From positions 48,596 to 112,595 of the forward strand of contig NMRA01000716.1 of the NCBI GenBank assembly GCA_002633005.1: 64,000 nucleotides of DNA, in the 5' to 3' direction. This document shows, piece by piece, positions 1-11,868 of the stretch; within the stretch, counting starts at the first letter, position 1; every line of letters begins with the position of its first letter. The stretch comes from Phoronis australis. Lineage: Eukaryota; Animalia; Phoronida. Under the pieces are notes generated by a model. It was given only the letters and a program-made list of their open reading frames with translations, was not told where the DNA came from and did not search any database. Made by a program: the position numbers and the translations under genes.

Positions 1-96
1 CTCCCGACCTCCCCCCTCTCGGCGCCACGTGCCTCGGATTCGACCTTTGCGGGAATCCTAAACCCCCCCCTTACTGAAAACGTAGATCCGCCCCTG
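1..96. mobile_element. Right end of a non-autonomous DNA transposon (MITE), truncated by the window edge
   Basis: Ends in GATCCGCCCCTG (85-96), the same terminus as the complete MITE at 35175-35474; C-rich subterminal sequence. Confidence 0.55.
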
Positions 97-1152
97 TAAG
101 GAATATAAGAAGGTATACAAACTACTCATAGAATATGTAAACTTGTTAGAGACACAACCCTTGTCGTTGTTGACTATCTTCCATTCCATTCTGTTCGTAT
201 CCTCGGAACAAAATTCGATATTCAACAGAACATTGGTAAAGTAAATGACCCAGAGACATGCTTAAAACACACACGATACATCAAACCACACACATTTTTC
301 ATTTTCAACTGGAAAAAAATAGTGCTGTACTAACACCATCAAGCAAAATCTTTGTAACATGCACAGTGGGACACGGAAGTTGTGAAATAGTGTAAAGCAG
401 AACAAATGGAGAGGGTAACAGGAAAGTCACGCACACAAGTGTAGGATACGATGCAACCCTGTCTGCTGCTTAGGTTTCGCGAATGCAATCAAAGGGGACC
501 CCAATACTTTCAGTCGCAGGACATCGTGCACTACGTATCAAACTGGAGTGATTTCCACAATTTCCTGACGGTCATTTTACGTTCATGACATTGCAGAAAC
601 TGTTTTGAATGGCGCCATTGTGAAGATGCATAGATAAGTCATGGGAAAGACAGTAAATCGTTTCACCAATGTAATATTGCTTGATATTTTAAGGAAAACG
701 TTTGTTCATAGGACACACAAACTCATAAACAGCCCTACACTGGACAAAGGGGCGGACTTTGACTTTAGAAATGTTATTTTTCATGACGAAGTTTGAGGAC
801 TATTTCGTTAATAAATAATGACATCGAGGTACAGGTAATCATAGTTAACAACGGCAAGTGTCCTGTCTTTAACAAGAGAACGTGCTACCCCAGTAATGCA
901 TATTCATACATTGCATATACATGGTCCGTTTCTAAGCGGCATATGGTATCAAAAGCGTAAGTACGGTACTTGAACAAAATGTATAAACCTGACAATTTAT
1001 TAACAAAAAATGGTGGTACTTATCGACACTCTACAAAATACAACAACATAAATTAGGCTTTGCAAATAACGCTTACGGTTTGTGAAACTCGTCTACAAGA
1101 TTAAACTAAGAACGCAAATTGCCAAAAGGTAGCAACTTCTACTCTGCCCTAG

Positions 1153-4100
1153 GTTATGGACGAACTGGTTACACTTAAAGGCCATGCAATCAAAAACGTA
1201 ACGTTTAATATTGATGGCGACATTGGGTCAAACACTGCAGTGTATGTTACGTGGACTTCTGCAAGAGGGTTCATCGTTTCAATCGTTACACCCGATGGGT
1301 CTAAGCTTGACATGTCAGCCGTTACGTACAACGATGCGTCTAAAAGCCTTCAGGTTGTAATTCCTGGGAAAGCAGTAGCTGGTATTTGGACGATAGTTTT
1401 CAACAATCGTTCACCCTCTAAAAGTAAAGTTCAGGTATCCGTAACATCAAGGGCGAGGGAGGAGACTGTGGAGCCGGTCAGACTTTCTGTGGCGATGTCC
1501 ACTCCAGGAGAAGCCACTGTAGACTTAAAGGGTAAGTGTGACACTGACGAACATGATTCTGATGAGTAGACTAATGTCCCTTGTTCTCTTTAAAATACGA
1601 CCAGATATATACATGTACATCATTATGCAGTTGGACCTCATCACTTGGCGATTAAAATGCCGCGGCTTACATCTTTTGATACCACCAATTGACTTTCCAT
1701 TATTGAACTTATAAATCTCACCGAATACACCGACTACATGTACATAGATTTCTGGTTAATTAAGCCTTCCATAGAAAATCCCAGCGGTGTGATCTAATTT
1801 ACGCACTGTCTTGTTATAGTTTAACCTCCAACGAATTTCTTAAGCCATTATGAAGATAATAAATTGATTACATTTATGGTATAATCACGGCCAAAGATAC
1901 ACATAGAAAAACTCATTTTTCAGACTTAAATAAATCCCGTGTTGCCATTTACGCAACACTGCAGAAAGGTTATCAGCCTGTCATTGGAGCCAAGGTAGTG
2001 GCCATCATAAAAACCGACACTTCAGCTACCCATCAACCACTACAGGACGGCGGAGCAGGTACAGCAAATATCATGTGAAAAGGTGTTGCCAAATACTCCG
2101 TAAGCTAGTTCAAATGAATTGTCACAATAAGCGACAAGATTGTTAATGCATAATCTATTTCATGTTACTGTGAATTTTGCTTGGCCAAATACTGTAAGAC
2201 CGGGTCACTTTGACTGAAAGATAGACCAACTACAATTGTGACGTAGTTCACAACTCCAAATTCGAAACACTGCATGTGCCACCAAAATTCGTCAGAGTCC
2301 AGAATATGATGCTAGGTTACCTACACCACGTGTACCTCATTTTAAACGCATAACAGTTCGGTAGCTGCCCTTCATCAACACAAACATGATTGAAAACACC
2401 AATGTACTTTCTGTTAGGCAGATTGGTGTACACGCGCTCATACTCTCTACAACTTTCCGGTGTGCAAGTTGCCAATAGACATTACAAACGCATGAGTTTA
2501 TTGGTAGCCTAGGGTCGTGAGAACCCTTAAAACGGCGTTGTATGGTGAAACAGAACTGAAGCGGAAGGCATTATTTACGAACACGTAAGAGCGGGACATC
2601 TGGATCTTGGCCATGGAATCTTTCATTCAATTGATTAGCACACGTTCTAATAAAAGTAAGTTTCTAGCATAATTCTCCGCCTTTTGTGCTTTTTAACAAA
2701 AAAGTGTGTTTTCGTTTTGAGAACAGTTTGGCTTGTGACAAAGGCTATTTAAAATTCGGTCCGCTGCTCTTAAAATACTAAAAACTTGTAACAAAATGAA
2801 ACCAGTTCCAATAATTTTTTAAGTGATATATATTTATTGAAGGATACACAGAACATACAAAGAAATAATAACAAACCCAGGTCCAATAATTTGTTGCGAC
2901 ATGTACGCAACCTCGTGGCAGCGAAGAACAGTTGATAGAACAGTAATAGGAGAAGAAGAAACGGGTCAAGGTCAGTTGACGTAATCGCCAAAAGCCGACT
3001 CAAATGAGCAAATTACAATTTTAGCAGTAGCTGAACAATAGAACGTCAATTTTTCAAACACCGGTAAACAATATCCAGTTTACTCGAAGAAGAGCAGTGT
3101 ACATGTAGCTTGTAATGACACTACCTCTGTGTCAGGTTTTATTTTGTCATTTTTATCCACATCGGTGGAAGGCTGTAGATTTTATATACAGCTTTGCATC
3201 GAGTCTAGAACAGATCTTGCAGATCGGGAGTTTTGTCGCCAGTCATTGTCGTAGATATACGAATATATTCCATGCACGGCACTTGACGGGATCGGCACAA
3301 ATGTATACCAAGGCCCCTTACATTGATGCACAAATACGCAAATAGGCACCTTAAGCCAGGAACCGATAACTAGCCCACATCGAAGAAATCGCACTCAGCT
3401 GTTCCACAGCGAGACTTGGGAGAAATTTCATTGGCCCGATGATGTCACATGGACCACTTTACACTGATAGGCTGAGAATTTCTGGGGCACTTGAATGTGC
3501 TACGAATTATGGGCGGTGTAATTTACGTCGCAATGAATTACTTTCTGTGGTGTTCAATAAACAAAAACAATATTTCATTAAAAAATACTTATTGTCAAAA
3601 GGGGGTTTTGATCGCTGGAGGGACTCCTTAAGACAATGACATCAGTACGTAGATAGTAATGCGTACACATTTGTCGGAAAGGGTGGACAAAGCTTCAAAA
3701 CCGGGACTGTAACGACAAAAGCGGGCCTTTAATTATGTAAGACCGATTTCGTCAGAACTTTGTCACACGTTGCCAGACAATGAAAACCACCTGGTCGTGA
3801 CAGTTTAGTCATCTGTTATCGTAATAATTAGCATTCTGTCGAACTTCCGTCAGTGTTCAACCCGACGTTGTTCCAGCACACATCTATTGCTTATTTGTCA
3901 ACGGACTTGCTTGTGCAGTAAGTTGTTGCGATTTTCATAAAGTGCGTGGACTAACATGTTTTAATATTTTGTCGCGATTTAGCAAGATCTGGAACGGGTT
4001 TTTTGAAGAAATGTGTGTTTTGTCTCAGTTTTGGACCTCGAAACGTTGCAAAAAGTTGACGTTGTCCAGTTGATTTTGAAAACTGCTGTTGAGAGTTTTA

Positions 4101-7100
4101 ATTTAAAAAGGTGAGTGACCAGCCTCCCGTTCAATAACGCTAGTACCTCGCTAAAAAGCAATAGTTCGCGAGAATACGTGAGATGTGGCCGTGTATTTTA
4201 AATGAGAACACGTGACTTTGGCGAGATTTAAGCTAGGTCCTAGCGTAGGTCCTAGTGTTACTAAACGCGCGCCAGGTCTGATCTGTTGGCCTGCCAACGT
4301 TTTTCACGGCAAGCCTATGGCAAACAGGTTGACATTCTCTCGCTGGTCATGTAATTTAAGGAGCCATTCATGACAAGCAGTGCTTAAAATTATGTTGTTT
4401 CATGTTTAGCTGTACGAAAACACGCCTCACATGTCAAAAGTTTCTGGCTAGAATTGTTTCTGACCATGATAGGACGTCACTACCATTGCCAGAACACGTG
4501 AATTATTTAGGTATTTAACAAGCTTCAGGCTGAAGGTTAGCCTGCAAATAAAAAAATTAATCGCCCCGATTTAAGAGTAAGTTTTCGACACCCTGTATAT
4601 GTTTTAACTAAAGTAAGCCACTATTCCATGAAACAAAAAGTCTGATGTCCAGTGCTATACATGTAGGTATAACAAATTTCTTGAACTTTTGAGAAGTGCA
4701 ATGCAAAATAGTTTAATTCTGCGTTGTCACGATTTCATTAAGGAGCTGATGCAAACGTCGAGGATGGTGTCTATTCGGGATATTTCACCAACTTCACTGG
4801 AAACGGAAGATACAGCGTCAGCATAAGAGCTTCATTTTTACCAAACATAACAAAGATCAAAACGTCGTCTGCAGCAAACCAGTCCATAGATACCCATACA
4901 CCGAACTCTAGTAAGTCATTTGCCATTCATCGCCATTGACGAATATCTGTTTCAGTGTTTTGGCATGTGAGCATTCATTTATGGCATGTTAGTTAATCGT
5001 TAATTTGATACCAAACGACTTTTGAACATGTTTGAACGAACGCGAAGTATATCTAGCTTGGAGTCTCCATTATGGATCGATTACGTCGGTTCTCTCATCT
5101 TCTAAGGTTCTCCTTCTGTTGAGGAAGCACGAAATTACTATTTTTCTATTATCACTATTGTTACATGTACATGTACGCACGTTAAATGCACTTCATTTTC
5201 TGTATACAGATGGTTGGCATCATCAGCTCTCGAAATATTTTGATTTGCGTGTTGTCGTCAGTGACTAGATGAAATGGCGTTTGGAACTTTAAAATAGTCT
5301 CGTTATCATAGCCAGCGTTGTTGGCTCAATGTTTTTCCATGTACATTAACATATTGAATGAAAAGTCTTTGATAACTACAAGCACTTCTAGAGTTTGGCA
5401 AGGACTTGTGGCTACCAACGCTCACCGACGCGGACCAGTTTTCACGAGACACGACTGGCAGTTCATTTGTAGTCGTAAATCAACCGGCGCCAACCAGGAG
5501 CAAAGACGGAACTACTGAACAGGCCGACTTATTTCCTCCCAGCGCGATATTGGATTTGGAGGTACACGTAAATCACTACCAGTACTCCAGCTTCTCACCT
5601 AGTCGACTCCTAGGCCAAACTCCACCACCGCCCTCAACCTTAGACAGTGACGTTGGTTTGTAACTTCAGATAGATGACGGATTATTTGCTTTGATAATTA
5701 AATCGCTTAGTCAGGGATAACAACTTCCTTGAATCATCCTTTGGCTACCGTTCTATTAAGTACTTCTTAACAGTCGCTAACTTATTCATGTTCATCCCTC
5801 GCCACCGCCACCCTGCCATTCAATTACACAAACCTTTGCATCAGAGATAGTCACATTTGGGTATAATACGTAAAGTTTTACCCTGGTTAATGTAATTTAG
5901 CAACGCATACTGTGATATTTACGAATCACAATTTCATTAAATGTATATCTACATTCCAGCTAATTGGAGTTTCTTACGCAAATGATTCAGTGTCGCTACA
6001 GTGGACGGCAGTAGGGGACGACTTAGATCAAGGAAAAGGTAACTTGCCAGTTGACTATCTGTTAAAGAGAAAATTGACTTTGCCTTATTAGCAATGAGAC
6101 GTCAAATGTACTTATGTTATGAAGAGTCATAGAAAGGCAAACGTTGTTAATCAGTAGAACTTGAAATCATCGAATATCGAGATATCAGTTGCCAAATGTA
6201 GCACCTGATAGGCTTTGCTTGTTCCATAGTGTCAACTGCCTAAAACTTTTGATTGGCTTGCAAGCAGGAAGTCGCCATCGAGAATCACATGCTTTGGACG
6301 GTTGATCTGACGGAACCAGCTTAGTTAATTGAGTGATGCCAACGCTATTCCCGAATTAGCATAGCGTTTCCTGGAAATTTTCATGAGTTTTGTAGCAAAC
6401 CACTCATCTCTGAATTCTTGTGAAATTGAATTGAAACAAATTACAACCGAGTACCAGGATTCAGAGACAAGGAGGCCTTATGACCTTTTGCAAAATAGTT
6501 GTTGTAAACTCAGCGCAGTGTTTTAAGGAGATCGAAACTTTCTTTTAACTTACTCGTAGTCGGTACTCACTCAGTCGAACTTCATAAAATGAATCTAAGC
6601 TACTTCGGTCTCAACTTTAGCTGTCTGTGATAAAACAGTTTCGCAGATGGAGTTCGTCTTTCCTTGTCGTTACATGATAGCAGTGTTCCGAATGTTCAAG
6701 TAACTTCACGAAGTCGCCCCATTCTGAACAGCAGAAAAGTAAAGTGTAGTTGTCAATATTTAAACATTAATATTGTCCTTTCAAATCATACCGGCGTTAC
6801 GAGAGCATTTAAATTAGTAAAATACACGTGTGGTGTTCCTTAGTTGGGATAATTTCATGAATAAATTTAGCAAAATCACTCTTTCTTCATGTAGTGCATG
6901 GCTATCGTTAGGTTTTGCGTGATCTCGCGTTTAGGATTTTCTTGGATTTATGGAGGGTGTCTCGGTTCTTTGTTGAACAGGAAGAGTCACCACCAACTGA
7001 CGTATGTTGTGCTGCAGATGACAGGTTTGAATTTTGTATTATTTTGTTACTATTGCAGCAATCAAAGAGCTTAGAATATACTGTATGTAAAGCGAATGCA

Positions 7101-7573
7101 TCATTTCAGCCACACGTTACGATCTTAGAGTCTCCACCAACTTCAGTGAAATAAAGAGCAACTTCTCTAAGTGCAGACCAGTTACCCAGGCGATGGTCCT
7201 CGTGGGTAACCTTTCAGCGCCTCTCCCCGCCGGCAGCATCGAAACGTTCACCGTGCAATTGAATATCACCGATGCCAATGCCACCTACGTGTTCGCTGTC
7301 AAAGCCATTGACGATCAAAACAAAACGGGGTCGATGTCCAATTTAGTCACTGCGGCATTCGTGGTCGTATCTCTACCCTTGAAAAGTCGACAGTCTGGTC
7401 ATGAAACGGCAACACGCAAAGCCATGAGCGACGAGTCGGTTACCAATACGTCATGTAGCAGCTATAATGGATGCTACTCCGCGTTTGTTCTTCTAACTGT
7501 CTTGATTAATTGCTTCTGTGTAACGACAAGTTCTTGGGGATCGTTTTTTCGAAGGTTGCAAGCCTTTCAGTAG
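1153..7573 (+). CDS. CLCA: CLCA-family protein, copy A; 3' part only. Exons 1153-1531, 1924-2058, 4743-4910, 5392-5561, 5960-6038, 7110-7573
   Basis: All introns are GT-AG with compatible phases. CLCA C-terminal motifs: IYATLQKGYQPVIGAKV, DGGAGADANVEDGVYSGYF, FSRDTTGSSFVV, DLFPPSAILDL, LQWTAVGDDLDQG, FN3-like YVFAVKAIDDQNKTGSMSN, then a hydrophobic tail. Exon-for-exon paralog of 32053-39948 (five exons identical in length). Confidence 0.93.
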
Positions 7574-7735
7574 CTTACACCTTCATACGTTTAATTTTAG
7601 CGTCAACTTTGCATACAATTCAATAACGACTGGATGGTAAATGCTGTTGTTAAGTCTAATTTAAACAAATGTTCATTCATCGTCACTTGCAAATTGACAC
7701 TCTTTTAAAAAACACAGCGTCTCTTTGGTAATATT

Positions 7736-7815
7736 TGTTGTATTCTTCGTGTCCCCCGATAATACAAGCGTTACATGGATAACTGAGGATATACACACAC
7801 AGTACTGATATAACA
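7736..7815 (-). repeat. 3' LTR (80 bp)
   Basis: Identical by eye to 9573-9652; TG/CA termini; adjacent PPT. Confidence 0.95.
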
Positions 7816-7927
7816 TCTCCCTTTCTAAAACGTTAAAACTAAAAACCACTAAACTAGGTATACAGTCCATATCAAGGTACTTATCCAACAGTCTGTTAAT
7901 ATATCACTTAAACTAACACTAAAAAAG

Positions 7928-9460
7928 TCACATGTCCAGCACTCTCCTTGGCTTAATGGTACGACCGAAAGATGAAACTTTTAACGCACTGTCTGCATCG
8001 GTGTCTTGGACAGACACTAAAGAACGCCGGTTTCGACGGATCGGCTTCTTCGTCTCGGTGTTTCTCAGTTCGTACGACCTAGGGGAGCCGGCGTTCTGGC
8101 CCACCACCACTGCGGGTTTGTCCAGGTCGCGGACATGGACCTGAGTCCCAACTCTCAAAGGAGATAGCTCCCGTTCTCTACCGTGAGCAGCAGACTTAAG
8201 GCGAGCGACTTGCTCTCTCGTTTGCACCTGAACGTAACTCGATGTGTTCGGCGTCAGCACTGACGGCAGTGCAGGTAAGGTCGTTTGAATCTTGCGCCCC
8301 ATCAACAGTTCGGCTGGAGAAAAACCGTTCTCCAATGGGGCTGAACGATACGCGAGTAGTGCAAGGTAAGGATCCGACTCTTTCTGCAGCATTCTCTTCA
8401 CTGTTTGCACCGCTCTCTCTGCTGCGCCATTACTTCTTGGGTGTTTAGGCGAACTGGTCACATGAGTAAACCCATATGATTGGGCAAAAAGGCTAAACTC
8501 TTTGCTAGCGTACTGTGGTCCATTGTCTGAAACTAGAAGATCCGGAATCCCATGACGTGCAAAGATGGACTTCATATGACGAATTACTTCACCCGACTCT
8601 GTGTTGGTCAGCAAGGCAACCTCCACATACCGCGAATAGTAATCAACCACTAACATATACTCTCGGCCCTTAAAATGAAATAAATCACTTCCTAACTTTT
8701 CCCATGGGCGACTTGGGAATTCTGATCGCAAGATCGGCTCATCCGATTCGTTGCTAGTAACACGGCACTTAACACAATGACGAACCATGTCACCGATTTG
8801 CTTTGACATACCAGGCCACCAGACAAAGTGACCTTGATGGATTTTCTGAAGCACATCCATTCGCATGGTTGTAGGAACAATCACGGCATTACCTTTGACT
8901 AAGGTATTGTTAACGAGAGAAATCTCAGCACGATTCTCAAAATACGGCCTCAGGAGAGAATCCTAAATACTGAGATAACTTGGCCATGAGGATGAAACAA
9001 ACGACAAGACTTTTGAGAGAACTGCATCCTCTCGCTGACACCTTTGAATTTCCACAAGCTTATTCGGCGTAGCAGCACGACTCAAGTTACACTCAGCGAA
9101 ATGCTCAACTTCCAAAGCGAACAACTCATCTTCAACGGACTCGTTTTCTTTCTGATCACGACGATAGAACTTCGCTCGTTCGTGAATTACATACTTTTTC
9201 GGTGAGAAATAGGCGTTTAAAGCATTGACTACAGTTGCATAGCTTTTTAGATCGTCTGCACTCAAACTGAGGCCTTTTACGACAGATTCAGCACGACTCC
9301 CCATTGCATATAACAAACTGTCCACTTGGACTTCACCCTTCTCTTTGTCCAACTTTGATAACGAATGGAACCGGGACCACCGGCTGGACCACTCTGTCCA
9401 GTGACTAGGGTCAAAGTCAAATTCGGAGGGTGGGTTAAACTTGGCCATGGCAACAGACAC
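7928..9460 (-). pseudogene. Gag N-terminus fused in frame to retroelement integrase, with one in-frame TAG at 8965-8963
   Basis: Gag N-terminal motifs FNPPSEFDF...W..W..RW and VIHERAKFYRRDQKENESVE; integrase HQGH...CVKC zinc finger and DDE core (GSDLF, VSDNGPQY, GAAERAVQTVK). The two ORFs in the track are in the same frame (78 nt apart). Confidence 0.88.
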
Positions 9461-9572
9461 CTACCAGACATTAAAGTTTCACTATATAACCAAACAATGG
9501 TAAAGTTAATGTTCTTTAACAGCAACAAACTGCGACTTTTGCTGCATCACACAATGTGCACACTGGCCACCA

Positions 9573-9652
9573 TGTTGTATTCTTCGTGTCCCCCGATAAT
9601 ACAAGCGTTACATGGATAACTGAGGATATACACACACAGTACTGATATAACA
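9573..9652 (-). repeat. 5' LTR (80 bp)
   Basis: Identical by eye to 7736-7815; followed on - by a TGG-initiated PBS. Confidence 0.95.
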
Positions 9653-10039
9653 ATATTGTGCCTATGACCTTTTTGCTACGACAGAGCGCGTTACATTCGA
9701 TAAAACGAGCCCCTGTACATGTAGGATATTTGTCACTTTTAACCGAGTAATGTAGGTTGTGAACTGGCTTTACATGATGTGATTCCTGTACTTGAAAGTA
9801 TCGTTGTTTTAACAAGTTGACTGTCTCGTAGTGCAGAGCTCGTAGCATATTGCTATGGCAATCTCAAGGCGTCTTCTTTGACCGGATACGCTGCTGATAA
9901 GTGGGCGACTTTTGCTTTTGCGCCCCGTTTGACTTTTCCACGTTTTATCACTATGCTGTATCATAAAATTGATTACCATGTGTCTAAGTACACTGTATAT
10001 AATATGTTTATTAACTTGTTTAACAATTGATATAAAATC

Positions 10040-10045
10040 AATAAA
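10040..10045 (+). terminator. Putative polyadenylation signal of CLCA copy A
   Basis: AATAAA in a context homologous to the AATAAA at 40423-40428 in the copy B 3' UTR. Confidence 0.5.
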
Positions 10046-10856
10046 CCATAGTTGGATATATACATCTACGTAAACATGTTTATGCACATGCACATGTACA
10101 TCTATATTTATATGTATTTATAACAGACGCTTTGAATCAGTCGAGTGCAGTACATGTTCATGTACGGTCATGTAATAATGTTTTCTGTATTCAACAGCTC
10201 CTGCACTACTTCAACAGCGACCTCTGACATGTAAAGTTCAAAAGATAGGTCAACGTCGACTAAACATCGTTAGCTGGTTCGATCAACAAACTTTCCAAAA
10301 ATAGTTTAGCGTAATACAAGTGCAGCAGTGTAAATAACACACAACATGCAGTGAGGTCCCAACCATAACTTCTGGAACAGGGCTGTTAATTATATGACGG
10401 TTCTGATTCAGTTTTCAATAGCTAAACATTGTATCATCTGCAACTCAGACGCCGACTCATCGGTAACTACAATTATAGCAAATATTGTTCATATTTAACC
10501 ATTTTCTGTTACATGTTCAATGCACACTTATTGTTGTTTTCACCTTTGTTATCTCTTTTCAAGTAATAAATCGTAACATTTAAAACTGTTTCTTTTATTA
10601 GAGAAAACTTACTACCTAACGCGCAGGTACATTCTTATAGGATGTGATCCGCCACGGGAAAAGTCTGGGTGAAGTATTTTAAAAAGATCTGCCAAAAAAA
10701 TGAAAGAATTTTAGGAATTCAGAGCGTATGGGATTAATACAAAGCGTACCGAGAGCGGCGTAGATGAAGTAATATCCCACGAGACATTATTCTTTGGTCT
10801 CGGTCAACACGAGGAACAACGTCTCGGTACGTTTTGTGTGTATATATATATATACA

Positions 10857-10907
10857 TGTATGTATGTATGTATGTATGTATGTATGTGTGTATGTATGTA
10901 TGTATAC
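10857..10907. repeat. (TATG)n microsatellite
   Basis: Direct reading. Confidence 0.9.
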
Positions 10908-11277
10908 ATGTGAAACAAGATATCACTTGAAGAGTCGTGACATTGTAGTAAATCCTTGAGGCGAGACAAAAATGGAAACTCATAGACTTTAGATGCTATC
11001 ACTATTTGCAATGATGCTGCAACTGTGGGCGAGGTTTATCTTGCGGTTAAGAAAAAACGGATGTAGTTGGAAAGGTTGCCCACTCCTACAATTCTCTAAT
11101 GTTTTCACTTGATTTACTTTCTCGGTTCCAAAGGGTCCGTCGGCTAAGGCAGCTGATTTGTCTGTATGCCGAAAGTTGCGCTTTTAATTTCGTTTGTTTT
11201 TGGTCATCAGAGCAGAAGGGTTTCTGGTATTTTTTCATTAATAACTCAGTATTTGCCATTGTGTTATCTCATTCCAT

Positions 11278-11868
11278 TTTCAATGGGTCACCATTGTTAA
11301 TGTTTATCTTGAATGTCACAATGTGCCTGCGTTCTCTGTGACCAAAACTGTCTTACACGATACAGGCGGTTGAAAACTAAAACTCATTATCACCACACAC
11401 TATACGGCCCGAGGTGACTCATGAGTTCACTTGTAGTAATCGTTTCAATTACACAGCATCTGATGTGTTCCTGCTTTATTCACAGAAAAATCCGTGCCTT
11501 ATAAGCGGGTTTTGCCCGTACGAAGGCGAAACAAATCCAACTAACCCATGTGAAGCCTGCATCCCTTCTAGAGATCCATTCGCGTGGTCTTCGCTGTTTG
11601 TAAGTACAAACACGTTTTCATTTGATTTCTTTATTTTTCCGCTAGACGAACTTTTTAATTTACCATGTTTCAGCTTTCAAAGGTAATCACATTTCATAAA
11701 ACAAGCTAAAACAAATTTGGATGCACTAGACCGTCCCGGATTACACAGCGATGGAATTCAACTTTGTCCCATAAATAAGAAAGCGCGTTATATTCATTGG
11801 CCTCGTTTTGGAATGTCAGGCTCATTTTCATGTCGGAAATTGTCGAGTTGTGTAATTATTCCCTACTT
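11278..11868 (+). pseudogene. Inverted duplicate of one VWDE-like exon (11486-11599) with flanking intron
   Basis: Reverse-complement homolog of about 50826-51335. The exon [38 protein letters not shown] keeps cag/gtaagt splice sites and its 114-nt length. Confidence 0.88.

Larger units (their letters stand above)
7736..9652 (-). mobile_element. Gypsy/Ty3-type LTR retrotransposon, 1917 bp, internally deleted (no PR/RT/RNase H)
   Basis: Two identical 80-bp TG...CA LTRs (7736-7815, 9573-9652); 5-bp TSD ATATT (7731-7735 and 9653-9657); PBS TGGTGGCCAGTG directly inside the 5' LTR; polypurine tract AGAAAGGGAGA before the 3' LTR; Gag and integrase coding sequence. Confidence 0.96.

Noticed and set aside
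7059-7109. Upstream acceptor (ttgcag at 7058) for the last CLCA-A exon
   Set aside because: It gives an in-frame TAA after about 10 codons; the acceptor at 7109 restores ATRYDLRVS and matches copy B.
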